A stretch of DNA of 64,000 nt, taken from positions 532-64,531 of the forward strand of contig JAGQMN010000001.1 of NCBI GenBank assembly GCA_020428645.1, read 5' to 3'. Both the position numbers and the translations under genes were made by a program. The notes under the pieces are model-generated. The model was not told the origin of the DNA. It worked only from the letters and a program-made list of their open reading frames with translations, and did not search any database. The stretch comes from Patescibacteria group bacterium (GTDB lineage Bacteria; Patescibacteriota; Minisyncoccia; Phycocordibacterales; UBA1006). The first letter of the stretch is position 1, and every line of letters begins with the position of its first letter. Shown one piece after another: positions 29,426 to 39,264 of the stretch.

Positions 29426-30538
29426 ATGTCACTCTCTATTGGTATTGTTGGTCTTCCGAATGTAGGAAAATCGACCCTCTTTAACGCGCTCACACAAAAA
29501 TCAGTGCCTGCTGAAAACTACCCGTTCTGTACCATTGATCCATCAGTGGGTATTGTTGCTGTTCCTGATGCACGGCTCGATGCGCTTGCTGAGTTCTCAC
29601 ACTCAGTAAAAAAAATACCCGCTGTTGTAGAATTTGTTGATATTGCTGGACTGGTTGAAGGTGCATCAACAGGTGAAGGTCTTGGAAATAAATTCCTCGC
29701 AAACATTCGCGAGGTTGATGCCATTCTCCACATGGTGCGTATTTTTGATATTCAGGACAATACCGGGACTGAACAGACCCACGTCTATGGTTCCATCGAT
29801 CCGCTTCGTGATATCAAGGTCATTAATATGGAGCTCATTCTCGCTGACCTTGAAACACTACAGAATCGTATCACCAAAATAGCACGTGATGTAAAACGGG
29901 GTGATAAACACGCGCTCCTAGAACAGGCATTGTGTGAGAAACTGGTCACGGCACTTGAAGCTGAAAACTTAGCCCATACGATTACCATGACCGATGATGA
30001 ACGTGCATTGGTGAAGAGTTTCCACCTCCTGACAATGAAACCGGTCATGTATGGGTTGAACAAAAAAACAGGAGGAAATAATCTCGATGTAACTGACCCT
30101 GCACGATTTAAAGCCATTACTGAAGAAATTACCAACGAAGGTTCAGAGTACGTGGTGATTGATGCGAAAACAGAACACGAACTCTCTGAATTTTCAGGTG
30201 AAGAGAAGGTACTCATGAAGACTGAACTTGAACATGTGGATGATGGTATTGATGAACTGATTACGAGTGCCTATACACTTCTTGGGCTTATGACCTATTT
30301 CACCACTGGTGATACTGAAACCCGTGCGTGGACGGTGAGGGTAGGTGCCACCGCGCCTGAGGCAGGTGCTGCAATACATACAGATTTTCAAACCAAATTT
30401 ATTCGTGCTGAAGTGATTGCAAGTAACGCACTCCTCCATGCTGGTTCGTTTGCTGAAGCACGGGCAAAAGGGTTACTCCGTACTGAAGGGAAAGAGTATA
30501 TCGTGGAAGATGGTGACGTGATTGAATTTAGGGTGTAA
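29426..30538 (+). CDS. ychF: Ribosome-binding ATPase YchF (Obg family)
   Basis: G1 GIVGLPNVGKSTLFNALT, G3 DIAGLV, and the C-terminal TGS domain ...FIRAEVI...GKEYIVEDGDVIEFR. Confidence 0.9.
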   Translation: MSLSIGIVGLPNVGKSTLFNALTQKSVPAENYPFCTIDPSVGIVAVPDARLDALAEFSHSVKKIPAVVEFVDIAGLVEGASTGEGLGNKFLANIREVDAILHMVRIFDIQDNTGTEQTHVYGSIDPLRDIKVINMELILADLETLQNRITKIARDVKRGDKHALLEQALCEKLVTALEAENLAHTITMTDDERALVKSFHLLTMKPVMYGLNKKTGGNNLDVTDPARFKAITEEITNEGSEYVVIDAKTEHELSEFSGEEKVLMKTELEHVDDGIDELITSAYTLLGLMTYFTTGDTETRAWTVRVGATAPEAGAAIHTDFQTKFIRAEVIASNALLHAGSFAEARAKGLLRTEGKEYIVEDGDVIEFRV

Positions 30539-30644
30539 AAGGAAAACTTCTTAAAACTTTTCGTCATATTGACGATTTTTTTAATATATGTTTATTATAG
30601 AGTAACGAAAAATAAAATATATACACTAATCTAACAATTAAATT

Positions 30645-30893
30645 ATGACTTCAAAAACTTCTAAAACACAACGAAATAACGGTGCATTCGGTATTGGCGT
30701 CTGCCTTGGTTCTAGCATAGCGATGTCAGGCCATGATACGTCTGCAATGAAACAAGATACTGGTGATATTGACACATCACTCGTTGACTCTGATCTTTTA
30801 GATAATCAACATATCGAATATATATTCGATGAATATGTTGATGAATATAAAGAAGACCCACTAGATGAGTGGGGACCAGTAGAAGAAGCTTAA
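30645..30893 (+). CDS. Hypothetical small protein with a Gly-rich hydrophobic N-terminus and an acidic C-terminus (82 aa)
   Basis: ORF only. GAFGIGVCLGSSIAMSG, then an acidic D/E/Y-rich tail. Confidence 0.3.
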   Translation: MTSKTSKTQRNNGAFGIGVCLGSSIAMSGHDTSAMKQDTGDIDTSLVDSDLLDNQHIEYIFDEYVDEYKEDPLDEWGPVEEA

Positions 30894-30973
30894 AATTTGT
30901 TACTTTTTTATAAATCAGTGAATTTCTTTTGCTGATTTTTATTATAAATTGAAAATCAGTATATAATTTAAAC

Positions 30974-31531
30974 ATGAAATCATTCCGCGAAATCATTCAG
31001 AATGGTGGTGTTGGGGTTATGCGTACTGACACGTTGTATGGACTCGTATGTGACGCGCATAATCCTCATGCGGTTGAGCGTATTTACCGGATAAAACAGA
31101 GAGACCTCTTAAAGCCGGTATTGATTTTAGTCGCAAATCTTGAACAGATTGCATCGTTTGATATCACGCTCACACCAACGATGAAGAAACACCTCGACCA
31201 GTACTGGCCAGGGAAGGTTAGCATTATTTTGCCGGCAAATGATACTTCGGTGAATACCCACTACATTCACAAGGGAACAGGTGGTATTGCGTTTCGTATT
31301 CCTGATGATGCTGAACTGCGTAATCTCCTCCTTGAGGTTGGTCCACTCATTGCGCCAAGTGCTAACCCCGAAGGGCAACCTCCTGCGCGAACGATTGCCG
31401 AGGCTATGGACTACTTTGGTGATCACGTTGATTACTACATGGATGGTGGAGACATTACCGACACGAGACCCTCGAAAATTATTAGGATAACAGCAACTCT
31501 AGATATAGATGTTATTCGCGAATACCTATGA
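30974..31531 (+). CDS. tsaC: L-threonylcarbamoyladenylate synthase (TsaC/YrdC/Sua5 family)
   Basis: YrdC-domain signature MRTDTLYGLVCDA...GKVSIILP...IAFRIPD...GPLIAPSAN. Confidence 0.8.
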   Translation: MKSFREIIQNGGVGVMRTDTLYGLVCDAHNPHAVERIYRIKQRDLLKPVLILVANLEQIASFDITLTPTMKKHLDQYWPGKVSIILPANDTSVNTHYIHKGTGGIAFRIPDDAELRNLLLEVGPLIAPSANPEGQPPARTIAEAMDYFGDHVDYYMDGGDITDTRPSKIIRITATLDIDVIREYL

Positions 31532-31788
31532 AACACACAAAAAAAGTTTGGCCAAAGTTCTTTCAGGCAATCCTTGACGGTAAGAAAACATACGAGCTCC
31601 GTCTCGCAGATTGGGAGTGTAGGGAGGGAGATATATTACTTCTACGAGAATGGGATCCGGCAACTGAAATGTACTCCGGAAGAGAAATTGAAAAACATGT
31701 TACGTATGTTGGTAAAACGAGAGATTTCAGTTTTTGGTCACAAGAAGACATTGAAAAATACGGTTACCAGATCATTGGTTTTAAATAA
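31528..31788 (+). CDS. ASCH/PUA-like small domain protein
   Basis: WPKFFQAILDGKKTYELRLADW...GDILLLRE follows the ASCH-domain pattern. Its start overlaps the tsaC stop. Confidence 0.45.
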   Translation: MKHTKKVWPKFFQAILDGKKTYELRLADWECREGDILLLREWDPATEMYSGREIEKHVTYVGKTRDFSFWSQEDIEKYGYQIIGFK

Positions 31789-31812
31789 AAAAACGACGTT
31801 TCGTCGTTTTTC

Positions 31813-33705
31813 CTATACCCCAAGAACAACCGGAATAATAATTGGTCGTTTCCCAGTATTCTGTACGAGATAGCGCCCAAGGTCATCAGCGAGTCGTTTC
31901 TTGACGATTTCAAAATCAACCGGATTTTTACCTTTCGAGTTTCGTATAATCGACTGCTTGATCAAGGTACGTGCACCTTGAATGAGCTCTTTTGAATCAC
32001 GCAGGTAGACGAATCCACGAGAAATAATATCTGGTGATTTACGCATCTTTCCTGTTTTTGGATCGATGGTAGCAATAACTACAAAAATACCTTCTTTGGT
32101 GAGCGTCTTTCGATCACGTACAACAACGTCTTGGATGTCACCAACACGGAACCCTTCAACAACGGTTACGTTGTTTGGTGCTTTTTGTTTGTGTACGGTG
32201 AATCCATCACGGTTAACATCGATAATTGATCCATTGTCTGGTACCACAATATTTTTGCGATCAAATCCATTACGCTCAACAACCGCCTGAGCGTGCACCT
32301 TGAGCATTGCATGGTGTCCGTGTACCGGCATAAAGAATTTTGCACCAACTGTTTTTTGAATCCACAAGAGCTCGTCTTGATTTCCATGACCTGAAGCGTG
32401 AATTTCGCTGGTCTGGTATTCCACAATCCGGAGATCGTGTCGTGCAAGGTTATCTTTCATCTTTTGAATAGCAACAGCATTACCAGGAATAACTGATGAC
32501 GAGAGGATGACGGTATCACGATCATTGAAACGAATTTTTGGATGTTTCTTTGATGAAATACGCATCAGCGCTGCAAACTCTTCACCCTGTGAACCCGTCA
32601 ACAGGTAGACGAGTTTATCAGGAGGGTAGTTGTTTGCTTCGTCTGCACTAATGATGAGTCCCTTTGGTGGAACGTAGCGACCTGATTTGATACAGATATC
32701 TACATTTGTTTTCATTGATCGACCTTCAAGAACGACCTTTTTACCAAATTGGTGTGCACCATCGAGCACTGCAGTAATACGACTGATTTGTGATGCAAAG
32801 GTTCCGAGGAATACGCGACTCTTTGATTCTTTAACGAGTTGGAGAATATTTTCGATAATGTCCGATTCATTTTTTGACCATCCTGGTTTTTCAGCACTTG
32901 TTGAGTCAGAGAGGAATATCAAGTTCTCCTGACCTGGTCGTGCCAATTTTCCATAGGCGTCGTGTTCACGTTGTACCGGTTCAGTGTCGATGTGTTCAAG
33001 TTTTGTATCTCCGGCAAGAATGACATTTCCCTGTGGCGTTTCAAAAGAGAATCCAATCGCATCAGGAATCGAGTGGGTAACTGCAAAAACTTGCACCTTG
33101 ATGTCGTTCCCGATGGTAATTCGATTTCCTGGTTCAATCACCTCGTATTCCAATTTTTGTAGGTGAGGAAATTCATCATTACGTTTATCGATCATCCACT
33201 TGGTGAGGAGTCCACAATACACCTTTGGATATCCAATTTGATCAATGATGTACGGGAATGCACCAATGTGATCGAGGTGACCGTGCGTTACAAAGACTCC
33301 TCGAATCTTATCTTTACGTTCAACGAGGTATTTAATATTTGGAATAATGTAGTCGACACCTGGCGTTTCAAGTTCGCTTGAAAACTGAATACCAATGTCA
33401 ACAACAAAGATATCATCGTTCGTTTCGATGACGTTCATATTTTGTCCTATTTGTTCAACCCCTCCGAGTGGAATGATTCTAATATCTCCTGGAGCAAGTT
33501 CTGGTATGTGTGGCTTGTTATGGTGTGTTGTTTTCTGTCGCGTAAAACCTTCTTTACGTGGAGATGGTTGTCGCTTAAATGATCCGCGACCACCACCATG
33601 AGATTTGCGTGATGTGTGTTTATTATGTCCTGATTTATGTGAATGCTTACCATGAGACTGGTTGCTCACCTGGTTGTGTGTATTCATGATTGTTATGGTG
33701 TACAC
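31813..33705 (-). CDS. rnj: Ribonuclease J (beta-CASP metallo-beta-lactamase RNase) with an N-terminal basic extension
   Basis: VFVTHGHLDHIGAFPYII is the HxHxDH motif, with beta-CASP motifs following. The first ~75 aa are a K/H/R/G-rich tail. Confidence 0.85.
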   Translation of the reverse strand: MYTITIMNTHNQVSNQSHGKHSHKSGHNKHTSRKSHGGGRGSFKRQPSPRKEGFTRQKTTHHNKPHIPELAPGDIRIIPLGGVEQIGQNMNVIETNDDIFVVDIGIQFSSELETPGVDYIIPNIKYLVERKDKIRGVFVTHGHLDHIGAFPYIIDQIGYPKVYCGLLTKWMIDKRNDEFPHLQKLEYEVIEPGNRITIGNDIKVQVFAVTHSIPDAIGFSFETPQGNVILAGDTKLEHIDTEPVQREHDAYGKLARPGQENLIFLSDSTSAEKPGWSKNESDIIENILQLVKESKSRVFLGTFASQISRITAVLDGAHQFGKKVVLEGRSMKTNVDICIKSGRYVPPKGLIISADEANNYPPDKLVYLLTGSQGEEFAALMRISSKKHPKIRFNDRDTVILSSSVIPGNAVAIQKMKDNLARHDLRIVEYQTSEIHASGHGNQDELLWIQKTVGAKFFMPVHGHHAMLKVHAQAVVERNGFDRKNIVVPDNGSIIDVNRDGFTVHKQKAPNNVTVVEGFRVGDIQDVVVRDRKTLTKEGIFVVIATIDPKTGKMRKSPDIISRGFVYLRDSKELIQGARTLIKQSIIRNSKGKNPVDFEIVKKRLADDLGRYLVQNTGKRPIIIPVVLGV

Positions 33706-33954
33706 CTATAGCGGTGTACGTCTAAAATTATAGTAAGGGTTTTACCTGAGGTAAAAAATCCCATAGTCGATTAATAGATTACGTTCTCCAAAATCAGCGC
33801 AGGTAAGTATACCAAGCATTGTTACTGTATCGAATTGTGTGTACTTTACTAGACTTGAGTCCACTACAGTACTTAAGGAGAATGTAATAACATCGTCAGT
33901 ATAGCGTCTCTCTGTAAAAGCGCAAGTATTTGTTTTGGTGTATAATAGAAGTCT

Positions 33955-34665
33955 ATGAATAAACGGCATCATCAATCACATCACATCTTTGCGTTTCTTG
34001 GAGCACTGCTACTCATCTTTATTATATTTTTTGGTATTCAGGCGTTTGAAAAAACGTATAATTTTGAAGATATTTCAGTTGATGATGCCCAAGGTTACTA
34101 TGATGGTGCGAATACCACCAATCCATTTTTCCCACACCCTGATGACGCACTTGCACAAGTCGCCGATTACCATTGGGTGACGTTTGGTAGTCCAACTTTT
34201 TCGTTTGTGTATCCAGACCAGTATGCACTCCGGGTAATGAATAGCAATACGGTGAGCGTCATCCCACCGTTAAATCCTATGCAAGAGGATGATTGTTCTC
34301 TCTCTACAGACGAACAGCTCCGCGCTCAATGTGAACAACCTGATATGAGCCCCCACATTACTATTACTGTTGGAGTGGATCAGAACGAGTGGTTACCTGG
34401 CATGTCTCTTGAAACCGCGCACGATATGGTTGTTGGAGATATAGCTCTCACCAAAAATTCTGTTTCAGGTGAGTATGGCGGGGTAACGGCATACAGACGG
34501 CAGTACGACAATACTATTGTTCAAGTATCCTATCGATATGTGGACACACCCGGTGGTGTACAATTTGAAACTCTTCATAGTATCCGTGGTAATCAATATC
34601 AACTCACTGCTGAAGAACAAGATTTGCTTGCACTTACCATCATCGAAAGTATTAAGCTCAAGTAA
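33955..34665 (+). CDS. Hypothetical signal-anchored or secreted protein (236 aa)
   Basis: N-terminal TM or signal peptide (IFAFLGALLLIFIIFFGIQAF). No motif I recognise. Confidence 0.45.
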   Translation: MNKRHHQSHHIFAFLGALLLIFIIFFGIQAFEKTYNFEDISVDDAQGYYDGANTTNPFFPHPDDALAQVADYHWVTFGSPTFSFVYPDQYALRVMNSNTVSVIPPLNPMQEDDCSLSTDEQLRAQCEQPDMSPHITITVGVDQNEWLPGMSLETAHDMVVGDIALTKNSVSGEYGGVTAYRRQYDNTIVQVSYRYVDTPGGVQFETLHSIRGNQYQLTAEEQDLLALTIIESIKLK

Positions 34666-34695
34666 AAAACACCATAGTTGGTGTTTTTTACTGTA
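34666..34695. terminator. Hairpin terminator
   Basis: aaaaaacacca-tagt-tggtgtttttt, a perfect stem flanked by A and T runs. Bidirectional. Confidence 0.5.
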
Positions 34696-34777
34696 AGGGA
34701 TTAATACGTTGAGTGCGCGCTCAAGTACATTTCCTTGTACGTTTAGTATACCGTATGCGCAATATGACTACAAGTAA

Positions 34778-37219
34778 TTATGACGACATCAGTACGACTG
34801 CATCTTCAAGGGTAAACGTTTCAGGATTTTGTTTATCACTGAGGTACAAACGTTTCATTCCTTTTTGTACGTAGTAGCCTGATTTTGATTTCAAGATGCG
34901 AATATCTTTTCCGGTTTTTGGATGTTTACCAAGATCTTTGTAGAGTTCAACACCTTTTGGTAGCGCTTTTGGTTCATTTAAAATTTTTATCGCTTCATCA
35001 AAGGTTATGGTGTATGGATCAAGACCACTCGTTTTTTTAATTGATCGGAATTCGCGTCCATGCCCAACGTAGGGTCCAAATCGTCCAATATTTGCAATCA
35101 CGGTTTCGCCCGATTCAGGGTGAGTTCCAAGTTCACGTGGTAAAATCAGAAGCTCAACAGCTTTTTCAACGGTTACGTCTTCAGGTTTAAGACCACTTGG
35201 CAGACTTGCTCGTTTTGGTTGTGGTTGTTCTTTGGCAATCTTAATAGCTTCTTTTTCTTTCTTAACCATCTCTTTCTCCTCATCTGTTTTTTTGTGTCCT
35301 TTTGGGAACTTGGTGAGTTTTGGAATAACTGGTGTTTCACCGAGCTGTACGTAGGGACCGAAGCGACCTTCCATAACGTAGATGTTTTCGCCAGTATCAG
35401 GATGAATACCAAGAGGTTCTTCATTTCCAATTTCTTTTCCGTCTTGGGTGAGTGCACCGTCACAATTTGGATAGGTACTACACGACATGAATTTACCTGT
35501 TCGTCCGAGCTTGTAGACCATAGACTTACCACACTTTGGACAACTAAACTCTTGTGGTGCATCACCAAGGTTTGTCAATTTTGGAATATCTTCTTTCGAT
35601 GCAACTGAGGTTTTGAATGGCGTATAAAAATTTGAAAGAATAGTCACGTAATCTTCTTCACCTGATGCAATGGCGTCGAGGTGATTTTCCATCTCAGCCG
35701 TAAAGTCGTCACCAATGTAATCAGTAAAGTGGTCTTCAAGAAAACTCGAAACCACATCCCCGGTGTCAGTAGGGAACAGTGTTCGTCCTTCTTTGAAGAC
35801 GTACCCCCGATCAACAATAGTTTTAATAATTGATGCGTACGTTGATGGTCGACCTATACCACGTTTTTCAAGTTCTTTAATGAGTCCTGCTTCTGAATAG
35901 CGATTCGGTGGTGTCGTGAATTTTTCGGTGTTGGTGATTTCTTTGAGATTGAGTCTATCTCCCTTGGCAACACGTGGTAGTTCGATATCCTCACCACGTG
36001 CACCGGTGTCACAGGCGAGCCACCCCAGATTGAGTATCCGCGATCCGCTCGTCGTGAAATCAGGAATTGGTGTACCGTCTATATTTGCGATCAATTTAGT
36101 CCGCATAATATCCGCCGATTTCATTTGTGATGATACGGCACGTTTAAAGATGAGGTCGTAGAGAGCTCGTTCATCTTGAGTGACACCGCGACCTTTTCCA
36201 TCAAAGCTTGTTGGGCGAATCGCTTCATGTGCTTCTTGGGCATTTTTTGATTTTGTTTTATAGGCAACAATATTGAGGTTTTGTTTCCCGTAGGTTGATT
36301 CAACGTACCGACCAATCATACCGAGCGCCTGGTTTGAGAGTGACAGACTATCAGTACGCATGTAGGTGATGTGTCCCTGCTCGTATAATTTTTGTGCTGC
36401 ACGCATCGTTCGTGATGGTGAAAATCCAAGACGCGATGATGCTGTCTGTTGCATGGTTGATGTCGTGAATGGTGGACGTGGTTTTCGGGTGCCTGCGGTT
36501 TCTTTAATATCAAGTACTGACCATGATCCAGCTTCAGCTTGTGCGACAATGTCGATGGCTTCGGTTTCACTTGCTATTTCTTGTGAACAGGTGAGAGGAA
36601 ATGTTTCCTTCTTAGCGCTAAAGATTCCTTCAATGACGTAGTATGCCTTTGGATTGAACGCCCGAATCTCTCGTTCGCGTTCCATCAGAATACGTAAGGC
36701 AGGCGACTGTACACGTCCAGCCGAAAGTCCATAGCGAACCTTTTTCCAAATGAGTCCAGAGAGATCGTATCCAACAAGTCGATCGAGGACACGTCGTGCT
36801 TCTTGCGCCTGTTTCAAATCCATATTCACTGCACGTGGATGTTGGATGGCTTCGGTGACCGCGTCTTTGGTGATTTCGTTAAAGGTGACCCGTTTAATAG
36901 GAGGTGTTTGTTTGCCGAGGTCATTCTTAATCACTTCTTCGAGGTGCCATGCGATTGCTTCTCCCTCTCGGTCTGGATCGGGTGCTAAGAGAATTTCGTC
37001 TGCTTTTTTGGCGAGGGTAGTGAGTTCCTTGATTACTTTGTTCTTGCCTGGTGATACCTCGTACCGCGGAACAAACCCGCCGTCGATATCGATAGCGTCT
37101 TTGTTTGATTTTGGGAGATCACGAATGTGTCCGATTGATGAACGTACAGTATATTCGTTCCCCAGGTACTTTTCAATTGTCTTCGCTTTTGACGGCGACT
37201 CTACAATGACGAGTTTCAT
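34778..37219 (-). CDS. topA: DNA topoisomerase I
   Basis: Toprim N-terminus MKLVIVESPSKAKTIEKYLG, the catalytic Tyr region, and C-terminal zinc ribbons (CPKCGKSMVYKLGRTGKFMSCSTYPNCDG). Confidence 0.95.
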   Translation of the reverse strand: MKLVIVESPSKAKTIEKYLGNEYTVRSSIGHIRDLPKSNKDAIDIDGGFVPRYEVSPGKNKVIKELTTLAKKADEILLAPDPDREGEAIAWHLEEVIKNDLGKQTPPIKRVTFNEITKDAVTEAIQHPRAVNMDLKQAQEARRVLDRLVGYDLSGLIWKKVRYGLSAGRVQSPALRILMEREREIRAFNPKAYYVIEGIFSAKKETFPLTCSQEIASETEAIDIVAQAEAGSWSVLDIKETAGTRKPRPPFTTSTMQQTASSRLGFSPSRTMRAAQKLYEQGHITYMRTDSLSLSNQALGMIGRYVESTYGKQNLNIVAYKTKSKNAQEAHEAIRPTSFDGKGRGVTQDERALYDLIFKRAVSSQMKSADIMRTKLIANIDGTPIPDFTTSGSRILNLGWLACDTGARGEDIELPRVAKGDRLNLKEITNTEKFTTPPNRYSEAGLIKELEKRGIGRPSTYASIIKTIVDRGYVFKEGRTLFPTDTGDVVSSFLEDHFTDYIGDDFTAEMENHLDAIASGEEDYVTILSNFYTPFKTSVASKEDIPKLTNLGDAPQEFSCPKCGKSMVYKLGRTGKFMSCSTYPNCDGALTQDGKEIGNEEPLGIHPDTGENIYVMEGRFGPYVQLGETPVIPKLTKFPKGHKKTDEEKEMVKKEKEAIKIAKEQPQPKRASLPSGLKPEDVTVEKAVELLILPRELGTHPESGETVIANIGRFGPYVGHGREFRSIKKTSGLDPYTITFDEAIKILNEPKALPKGVELYKDLGKHPKTGKDIRILKSKSGYYVQKGMKRLYLSDKQNPETFTLEDAVVLMSS

Positions 37220-37313
37220 AACTGGCTCATTATTGCCACAGCTTTAAAATTTTTGCAAATTAAATACGTTTCGTAATTGCTTACGAAACGTACTCATAAC
37301 ATTTTACTCACAT

Positions 37314-37565
37314 TTACGTGGTCGGAAGTGGGTCAAGAGATGCAAAGAATATGTCTTCGGTAATATTTTCTCCATGTTCTTGAAACGCTTCAAATACTTT
37401 CTCTGGTTTTAATTTGGATCTGTCTGGTAGTTCTTGTTTTTGCTCCATTGTAAGGAGTTCATATGTCCACCAAAATCCAGATTGAAACCCTTCATCTCCC
37501 TCAAACGAATATCGTTTTTCCAGAAGATTTAACTTGAATTTATTAAAAATAGACTCTTTAAGCAT
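37314..37565 (-). CDS. Hypothetical small protein (83 aa)
   Basis: ORF only. Confidence 0.3.
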   Translation of the reverse strand: MLKESIFNKFKLNLLEKRYSFEGDEGFQSGFWWTYELLTMEQKQELPDRSKLKPEKVFEAFQEHGENITEDIFFASLDPLPTT

Positions 37566-37749
37566 TACTATTATTTTTGATTATTACTAGAAAAGGTTAT
37601 AACCATTTCAAATTTGTAAGCTAGCCCTTAGCTTTGTATTTATTTTAAATATAAATATTACTATGTCAAATAAAAAAGGATCTCGGTGAATGGCTAATTC
37701 GTTCAAGATCCTTTTTGTGAGTACATTAGTGGAATAAATGCACGGGTCA

Positions 37750-37959
37750 TTAGGTTAAAAATTCTTTTTGAAACTGTTTAAAGTTTACTTGTTCTTTAAG
37801 AAATTGATAAACCTGCTCTGATTTTCCACTTAGCTTATCGATCACTGAGTCTTTTAATTGATGTAGCCACAACTCCCATCCATACGATTCAGTGAATACA
37901 GTTTCTTGGTTGTATTTTGCAAGGGTTTGCAAACGTTTAAATAAATTTTCTAGTGCCAT
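37750..37959 (-). CDS. Hypothetical small protein (69 aa)
   Basis: ORF only. A hairpin terminator lies downstream at about 37672-37715. Confidence 0.3.
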   Translation of the reverse strand: MALENLFKRLQTLAKYNQETVFTESYGWELWLHQLKDSVIDKLSGKSEQVYQFLKEQVNFKQFQKEFLT

Positions 37960-38018
37960 ATTTGGTATGTTTTGGTTTCTTCTTTTACTATGACAAATTA
38001 TTCCTACCTAGGCAACTG

Positions 38019-38864
38019 TTACAAGCGATACATCTTCCCAAGTTCTTCTTTGATAAGCCCCTTAATTTCCATTGATGACAGTAGGATATTTAATTTAATA
38101 ATGCTCATTTCAACCTTATCTGCAATTTGGTTCCGAGATAGCGGTTCAACTAATACATCTATGACTTTTTGCTCGTCAGGTCCGAGAGCCATCATTTGAG
38201 ATTGTTGTGGTTGTTGATCGGTGAATCCAAAGAAATCGAGAATATCCTCTGCACGGGTAACTGGCGTTGCCCCCTCGCGTATCAGTTCATTCGTGCCCTC
38301 AGAAGCTGGTGAAAATATTGATCCCGGCACCGCAAACACTTCTCGGTTGTAGTCAGTTGCGAGTCGTGCGGTAATGCGTGTTCCTGATGTGTTCTCGGCT
38401 TCGATGACGAGTGTTGCGTGTGCGATTCCTGCCATGACCCGATTACGTTGAGGGAAACTCCAATTGGTTGCCTTAAACGTTGGTTCAAATTCTGATAATA
38501 GGCACCCACCCGCGCGCAGAATGTTCTGTGCAAGTCCACGGTTTGATGCAGGGTAGAGGACAGAATCATCGAGTCCTGATCCTGGAACGGCTATGGTTGT
38601 GAGGTGGTTATCAAGAGCCGCTTGGTGAGCGATGCTGTCAATACCGAGTGCGAGTCCCGAAACAATAACAATCGGGTATCCGGCAAGTCCACGAATCAGG
38701 TGTTCACATACTTGTTTTCCGTAGGTGCTAAATTTCCGCGATCCAATAACGGTGAGAAATTTATACTCGTCTTCACTTGGTAGTATTCCACGAATGTAGA
38801 GTTGTTTTGGTGGATCAGATATTTCTTTGAGAAGGTGAGGGATGTCAGATGTTTCCATATGCAA
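38019..38864 (-). CDS. dprA: DNA-processing protein DprA (Smf)
   Basis: Rossmann-like DprA core VVSGLALGIDSIAHQAAL...TIAVPGSGLD...VIEAENTSGTRITARLA. It is conserved upstream of topA. Confidence 0.85.
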   Translation of the reverse strand: MHMETSDIPHLLKEISDPPKQLYIRGILPSEDEYKFLTVIGSRKFSTYGKQVCEHLIRGLAGYPIVIVSGLALGIDSIAHQAALDNHLTTIAVPGSGLDDSVLYPASNRGLAQNILRAGGCLLSEFEPTFKATNWSFPQRNRVMAGIAHATLVIEAENTSGTRITARLATDYNREVFAVPGSIFSPASEGTNELIREGATPVTRAEDILDFFGFTDQQPQQSQMMALGPDEQKVIDVLVEPLSRNQIADKVEMSIIKLNILLSSMEIKGLIKEELGKMYRL

Positions 38865-38942
38865 AGTATACCAATAACTCGAATCTTAGGTTGATTATTG
38901 TTTTTTATTCATATTGTGGTATAAAGAATAAAATTTTCTGTT

Positions 38943-39158
38943 ATGTCACAATCTATCACTCAAGCAATACATGTATTGCGTACTGTTTTACAGAGTCATA
39001 ATTCATATTTTTTTAGTAAATTCGATCAAGAAATCATTAACAAAGAAGGTGCATTTGATTACGCAGCTTGGATTAATATTGAGCCTCAACATAAACAATA
39101 TATTAACCAGTTAATGTATCGTTGGTTTCGCAGGCGTGGAATTCTTATTCTTGGATAA
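38943..39158 (+). CDS. Hypothetical small protein (71 aa)
   Basis: ORF only. Confidence 0.25.
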   Translation: MSQSITQAIHVLRTVLQSHNSYFFSKFDQEIINKEGAFDYAAWINIEPQHKQYINQLMYRWFRRRGILILG

Positions 39159-39181
39159 AGTATGAATAGTATTTTGTATAC

Positions 39182-39230
39182 ATCTCCCTATGAAAAACTA
39201 CATGTTAGTTTTTCATAGGGAGATTTTTTA
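39182..39230 (+). terminator. Long perfect hairpin terminator upstream of serS
   Basis: 19-bp arms atctccctatgaaaaacta/tagtttttcatagggagat with loop catgt, followed by ttttttatt. Confidence 0.5.
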
Positions 39231-39258
39231 TTGCAACTTAAGGGTTCTCATTTATACT
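39231..39258 (+). promoter_or_regulatory. Sigma-70-like promoter for serS (TTGCAA, 16 nt, TATACT)
   Basis: The -10 box ends 6 nt before the serS ATG, so the mRNA would be leaderless or nearly so. Confidence 0.35.
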
Positions 39259-39264
39259 ACGACT

